NCBI GenBank assembly: GCA_964291215.2 | Contig: OZ219791.1 | Location: 320,001-384,000 of the forward strand | Direction: 5' to 3' | Length of the DNA: 64,000 bases | Origin: Alphaproteobacteria bacterium | Lineage (GTDB): Bacteria > Pseudomonadota > Alphaproteobacteria > MPNO01 > UBA830 | Shown: piece after piece, positions 60,151 to 64,000 of the stretch | How the letters are laid out: each line of letters begins with the position of its first letter | Position numbering within the stretch: position 1 is the stretch's first letter | Position numbers and translations under genes: made by a program | Notes under the pieces: model-generated | What the model was told of the DNA's origin: nothing | The model's database searches: none | Seen by the model: the letters and a program-made list of their open reading frames with translations, nothing else

Positions 60151-60678
60151 TCAGACCGAGTCGCTCTGTCCGGCGGCCTCCAAAGGGCCGGAACCGGTCA
60201 GGTGGCGGACGGCATTGGCAAACAGCACCACCGCCGCGACGCCGCTCATCACTGATATGAAGTAACTGACCGGACCGAGGGGGATCGAAAGGAACTCGGT
60301 GGCGTCGCCGTAGTCCGACTGGAAGCCGCCGATGATCCACACCCGCCAGCACACGCCGGCCATGACGGCGGCTGCGATCAGGTTGATGATCACCCGACGC
60401 GGGCGCGCCAGCCGTGCAGGAAACCAGCGGTCAAGGAGGTCGACGGTGATGTGGTCTTCGCGCAGCGAAATGATCGGAAAGACGGCAAAGACGATGACCC
60501 CCATCATGATCTGGGTGAGCTCGGTGGCGCCATCAAGCGGGGCCGCAAACACCTCGCGCCCGAAGACGTCAATGCAGGTCATGGCCATGAGGACAAACAG
60601 GACAGCAGCCCCGAGTCCGTCGGTTACCGACGAGAACACCCGTCGGGGAAGCCGCCCACGCGGCGCGGTCTCAGGCAT
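60151..60678 (-). CDS. TRAP transporter small permease (DctQ)
   Basis: Four TM segments, DVFGR, HITVD; lies between dctP and dctM. Confidence 0.9.
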   Translation of the reverse strand: MPETAPRGRLPRRVFSSVTDGLGAAVLFVLMAMTCIDVFGREVFAAPLDGATELTQIMMGVIVFAVFPIISLREDHITVDLLDRWFPARLARPRRVIINLIAAAVMAGVCWRVWIIGGFQSDYGDATEFLSIPLGPVSYFISVMSGVAAVVLFANAVRHLTGSGPLEAAGQSDSV

Positions 60679-60789
60679 GGCGGCGAACCCCGCCGACGAG
60701 TCCGGATTCCGGCGAGCGGGCCCGGCCGGCCCGCGAGTCGGCCTCGAAAGGCCCGGACTCCACGCCGGCCGGAATCGCCGCCGCCACGA

Positions 60790-61797
60790 TCAGTTCTTCG
60801 CCTTGTCGTAGTCCCGCGCCTGCTTGCGCAGCTCGGCAAGGGCCGCCTTGCCGTCGAACCACATGGAGACCTTCTTCATCCATTCGTCTTCAAGCGGCTT
60901 CACGCGCGCGTAGTAGGCGTTCGTGGTCTTCTCGTCGGCGACCGTGATCTCGGTCCCGGCCTTGACGCCCGCGGCGCGCGCCTCGTCGTCGGCCGTATCC
61001 CAGTGGCGGCCGAGCTTCGCGAACGGAATGCCGAAGGTGCTCGTCACACCCTTTCTGTCGGCGTCCGAAAGGCCCTTGAGGAACTGCGGATTGATCAGGA
61101 ACGCGAAGCTGCCGTAATAGAGCCCGCCCGGGATGACGGTGACGAATTTCGTGACCTCCTTGAGCCGGAAGCCGTTCTGCGTCTCCATCGGCATGAAGAT
61201 GCCGTCAGCAACGCCGGTCGACAGCGCCTCGTAGACCTTGGGCGCTGGCAGCTTGACGGCGGTAACTCCGAGCGCCTTGCCGACGAGGCTGCCGACGCCG
61301 CCCGGCACGCGGATCTTCATGCCCTTGAGTTCGTCGAGGCTCTTGAGCGGCCTCTTGGTCTGGATCACCGCCGGTCCGTGCACATTCAGCCCGATCAGTC
61401 CGACACCGCGATGCTCGTTGGCCTTCTTGAGATATTTCTCGTGCACCATCGTATAAGCGATGGCCGCCGCTTCCGCGCTGGTGCCGAGGCCCGGCATTTC
61501 GACGATCTGGGTGGCAACGAAGCGGGTGTTGTAGCCATGGAAGATGAAGCTGGCATGGGCCACGCCGTCGCGGGCGACCGCAAACTGCTTGAGCGGCGAT
61601 GCCAGATTGTATTCCTGCTTGATGACGACACGGCCGCCGGTAGCCTTCTTGACCGCCTCACCCCACTGGGGCCAGATCTTCGCATTGACGAAATGGGTGG
61701 GAGGCGTCCACGTGCTGACACGCAGCACCGTTTCGCTCCGGGCCGCTGTTGCGGCAACCGCAACGGCGACGGCAAGGGTTGTCCAAAGGATCTTCAT
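60790..61797 (-). CDS. TRAP substrate-binding protein (DctP)
   Basis: Signal peptide; LKGMKIRVPG; YEALSTGVADG. Confidence 0.92.
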   Translation of the reverse strand: MKILWTTLAVAVAVAATAARSETVLRVSTWTPPTHFVNAKIWPQWGEAVKKATGGRVVIKQEYNLASPLKQFAVARDGVAHASFIFHGYNTRFVATQIVEMPGLGTSAEAAAIAYTMVHEKYLKKANEHRGVGLIGLNVHGPAVIQTKRPLKSLDELKGMKIRVPGGVGSLVGKALGVTAVKLPAPKVYEALSTGVADGIFMPMETQNGFRLKEVTKFVTVIPGGLYYGSFAFLINPQFLKGLSDADRKGVTSTFGIPFAKLGRHWDTADDEARAAGVKAGTEITVADEKTTNAYYARVKPLEDEWMKKVSMWFDGKAALAELRKQARDYDKAKN

Positions 61798-61867
61798 GAC
61801 GTCTTCTCCTTCGAGCCTGCCTGAACGGAAGACGTCATTCTAATGGCATGAGGCGTCTTCCACAAAC

Positions 61868-63373
61868 CTATCTACTCACCCCTTGTTGGGTTCTGATTCA
61901 TAGTGCTCGTTGATGATGTCTGCGGCTTTTCCGTCGAGGGCGATCTGGGTGGCGACGAGTGGGTTGTAGCCGAGTGCGGCCATGGAGGTGAGGTAGCTTG
62001 AGCTCCGGCACCATGCTTTTGCGTGGAGCGGAAGCATCCGGACACCTTGACCTTTGCCATCCTAATCTTCTGTTCTCCGGCATTGTTGGTGAAGCTGACG
62101 TTGGGGTCGTCTGTGAAGCGCAGGTTTTCGTGTTTCACGAGACGTTCGTGCAGGTTGTGCGCGTTTGCTATGCGTTTTCCTTTCGGCGGCGGCGGGATGT
62201 CGGGCAGTTCCCTGGCGCCCTGATGGTGCGGTAGCGCCCGGCGTCGTTCAGGGTCTTGGATGCGCTCTTGTTGACCTTGTGGCAGGGAGCAGGCTCTTCA
62301 TCAGTCGCGCGGTAGCCTCGACGACAAAGGTCAGTTCGCGCAGCAGGTGGCTGCCGCACAACTGATGGCTACACTGGCCCATGTACGAGGCCCAGGACGC
62401 CCTTGTAGCACGGGCCGATCTCTTGCCTCCCGGCCGCGCTTGCGGTGCGGGAACTTGCACGTCAGGGTCCCACGACATGGAGCCACTTACTGTTGATCCG
62501 AAATCCGGTCTCGTCGACATGCAGGGCTGAGCGTTGCAGGAGGTGCGCCACGGCGGCCTCCTCCCATGACGCATCGTGAAAGCATAGCTGAGGCCTCGGA
62601 GAGCTTGATGCCGGAGATCGCCTGCACGAACGCGACGGCACGGCGCAGGGACAGCATCTGGGCGACCAGCAGGTTGATGATGAGGGCCTGGATGCCGTAC
62701 TGCACGGGATGTTGTCGGGGAACCGGCCCCGGGCCTTGCACTTCGGGCATTCCTTGATCTCGGCGCGGCGCTCGACGACCTCGAACACGATGTCATAGAG
62801 GACGCGGCGCTCCCGATCGACGGGGCCGTCGATGTCGGCGCCGCAGGCGTCGCAGGCCGCGACCGTCTCCTCGACGATGGTCTTGCGCAGGTTGTCGCCC
62901 ATCTGCCGGTTCGGCTTCGGGCCCTTGCTCCCGGCACGCTCTTGTCCGTCTGTGACGGCGGCAGACCGGAGTTCCGGCTCGTGCGTGGTCTTCTCCAGAA
63001 GGACGACGATGAGGATGTCGAGCAGGATGACGAAGACGCGGATCACGGCCTCTTCCGCCACCTTGCCGGCAGCGCCGCGGTCTTGGCCGCTTCGAACTCC
63101 TCGCGCGCCGCCCGTCGCCATCACCCGGCCTTGCGCTTCATCAGCGCGCCGCCTCCGAGATGCGTTTCCACATACAGATCATGCGGAGGCTGGAGCCCCG
63201 GAAGCAGCTGGCACAGCCCGCTCGTCGCCTTCGATCCAAAGTAGCCCACTGGCGGTCCCCATCGTTCTCGATGACCACCACTAAGCGAATCGGCATGTAG
63301 TGTCAAATCTCCACGAAACCCCGTTTGTTGCTCTACCCCGACATCAAGCCGGAACCAGGGGGTGAACAGTTAC
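61868..63373 (-). mobile_element. IS66-family element copy 3, degenerate, with truncated MTase (63121-63249)
   Basis: Ends CTATCTACTCACCCC and (reverse) GTAACTGTTCACCCC; perfect 8-bp TSD CCACAAAC at 61860-61867 and 63374-63381; LHVDETGF, FTNNAGEQ. Confidence 0.9.
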
Positions 63374-63480
63374 CCACAAACAAAAAACGGCCGCAGGCGG
63401 CGTCCGGCAGTGCGCAGTGAGACATACGGACAAGGGCGGTGTCCGGCAGTCCGGTCGGATTGTTGCGGCAAACGTCGCCC

Positions 63481-64000
63481 CTAGATGTCGCCCCAGACTT
63501 CGGCCGCCGTCTCGACAACCAGCGACAGCTTGCGCTTCTGGTCGTCGTCGGTGATCACCTGGCCGCGTCCCGGCGCCGACGAAAATCCGCATTGCGGGCT
63601 GAGGCAAAGCCGTTCAAGCGGTACATACCGTGCCGCCGCATCGATCCGGCGCTTGAGATCGTCCTTCGATTCGAGAACCGGAGTCTTGGTCGAGACAAGC
63701 CCGAGCACGACGATGCGGTCTTCGGGCATGAAACGGAGCGGCTCGAAGCCGCCTGCGCGTCCCGTGTCGTATTCCATGAACCAGGCGTCGACTCCGGTCG
63801 CTCCGAACACCGTCTCGGCAATCGCCTCGTAGCCGCCCTCGGCCATCCAGGCCCCCTTGAGATTGCCCCGGCACATATGCACGGCAACACGCATGGTCGC
63901 GGAACGGCCGTCGACAATAGCGTTGATCAGTTCGACGTAACGGCCGGTCAGCGCCTCGGGATCCTCGCCACGCACTACCACATCGCTCCGGAAATTCTCA
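63481..64000 (-). CDS. Cobalamin-independent methionine synthase II family protein (C-terminal part; starts outside the window)
   Basis: HMCRGN, EYD..RAGGFEPL, LGLVSTK, LSPQCGF motifs. Confidence 0.9.
   Translation of the reverse strand, partial: ENFRSDVVVRGEDPEALTGRYVELINAIVDGRSATMRVAVHMCRGNLKGAWMAEGGYEAIAETVFGATGVDAWFMEYDTGRAGGFEPLRFMPEDRIVVLGLVSTKTPVLESKDDLKRRIDAAARYVPLERLCLSPQCGFSSAPGRGQVITDDDQKRKLSLVVETAAEVWGDI

Noticed and set aside
1-64000. CRISPR array, tRNA or rRNA genes, prophage
   Set aside because: No regularly spaced repeats, cloverleaf or rRNA signatures, or phage structural genes were seen.

Overview
GC-rich bacterial chromosomal segment. Gene content and order (parE, mnmA, NDUFA12-like, mlaD, DUF2155, aat, accC, accB, aroQ, rne, amidase, PBP1A, prfB, tyrS) point to an alphaproteobacterium; a Rhodospirillales-like, possibly host-associated organism is only an inference. 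Housekeeping genes are intact. An accessory catabolic region (about 6-21 kb) holds two VanA-like Rieske oxygenases, a non-canonical UbiD, an AhpD-like protein and a lone CoxL-like subunit, and a CoA-ligase/thioesterase/TRAP block lies at 57-62 kb. Mobile DNA is dense and eroded by microdeletions. (i) Three copies of an IS66-family element carry a Dam-like DNA adenine methyltransferase as passenger; one sits in a two-left-end composite with an 8-bp target duplication and a captured NYN fragment. (ii) Two DUF4338 (Mom-like)-ISAs1 transposase fusion elements are present. (iii) An IS630 hosts a nested IS256 and an antisense group II intron with resolvable junctions. The strongest candidates for novelty are insertion sequences that carry their own putative DNA-modifying enzymes, and a Rieske-UbiD-AhpD operon whose UbiD appears to lack the canonical Arg/Glu/Glu catalytic residues. 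No rRNA, tRNA or CRISPR array was seen. All family calls are by motif recognition, not database search.
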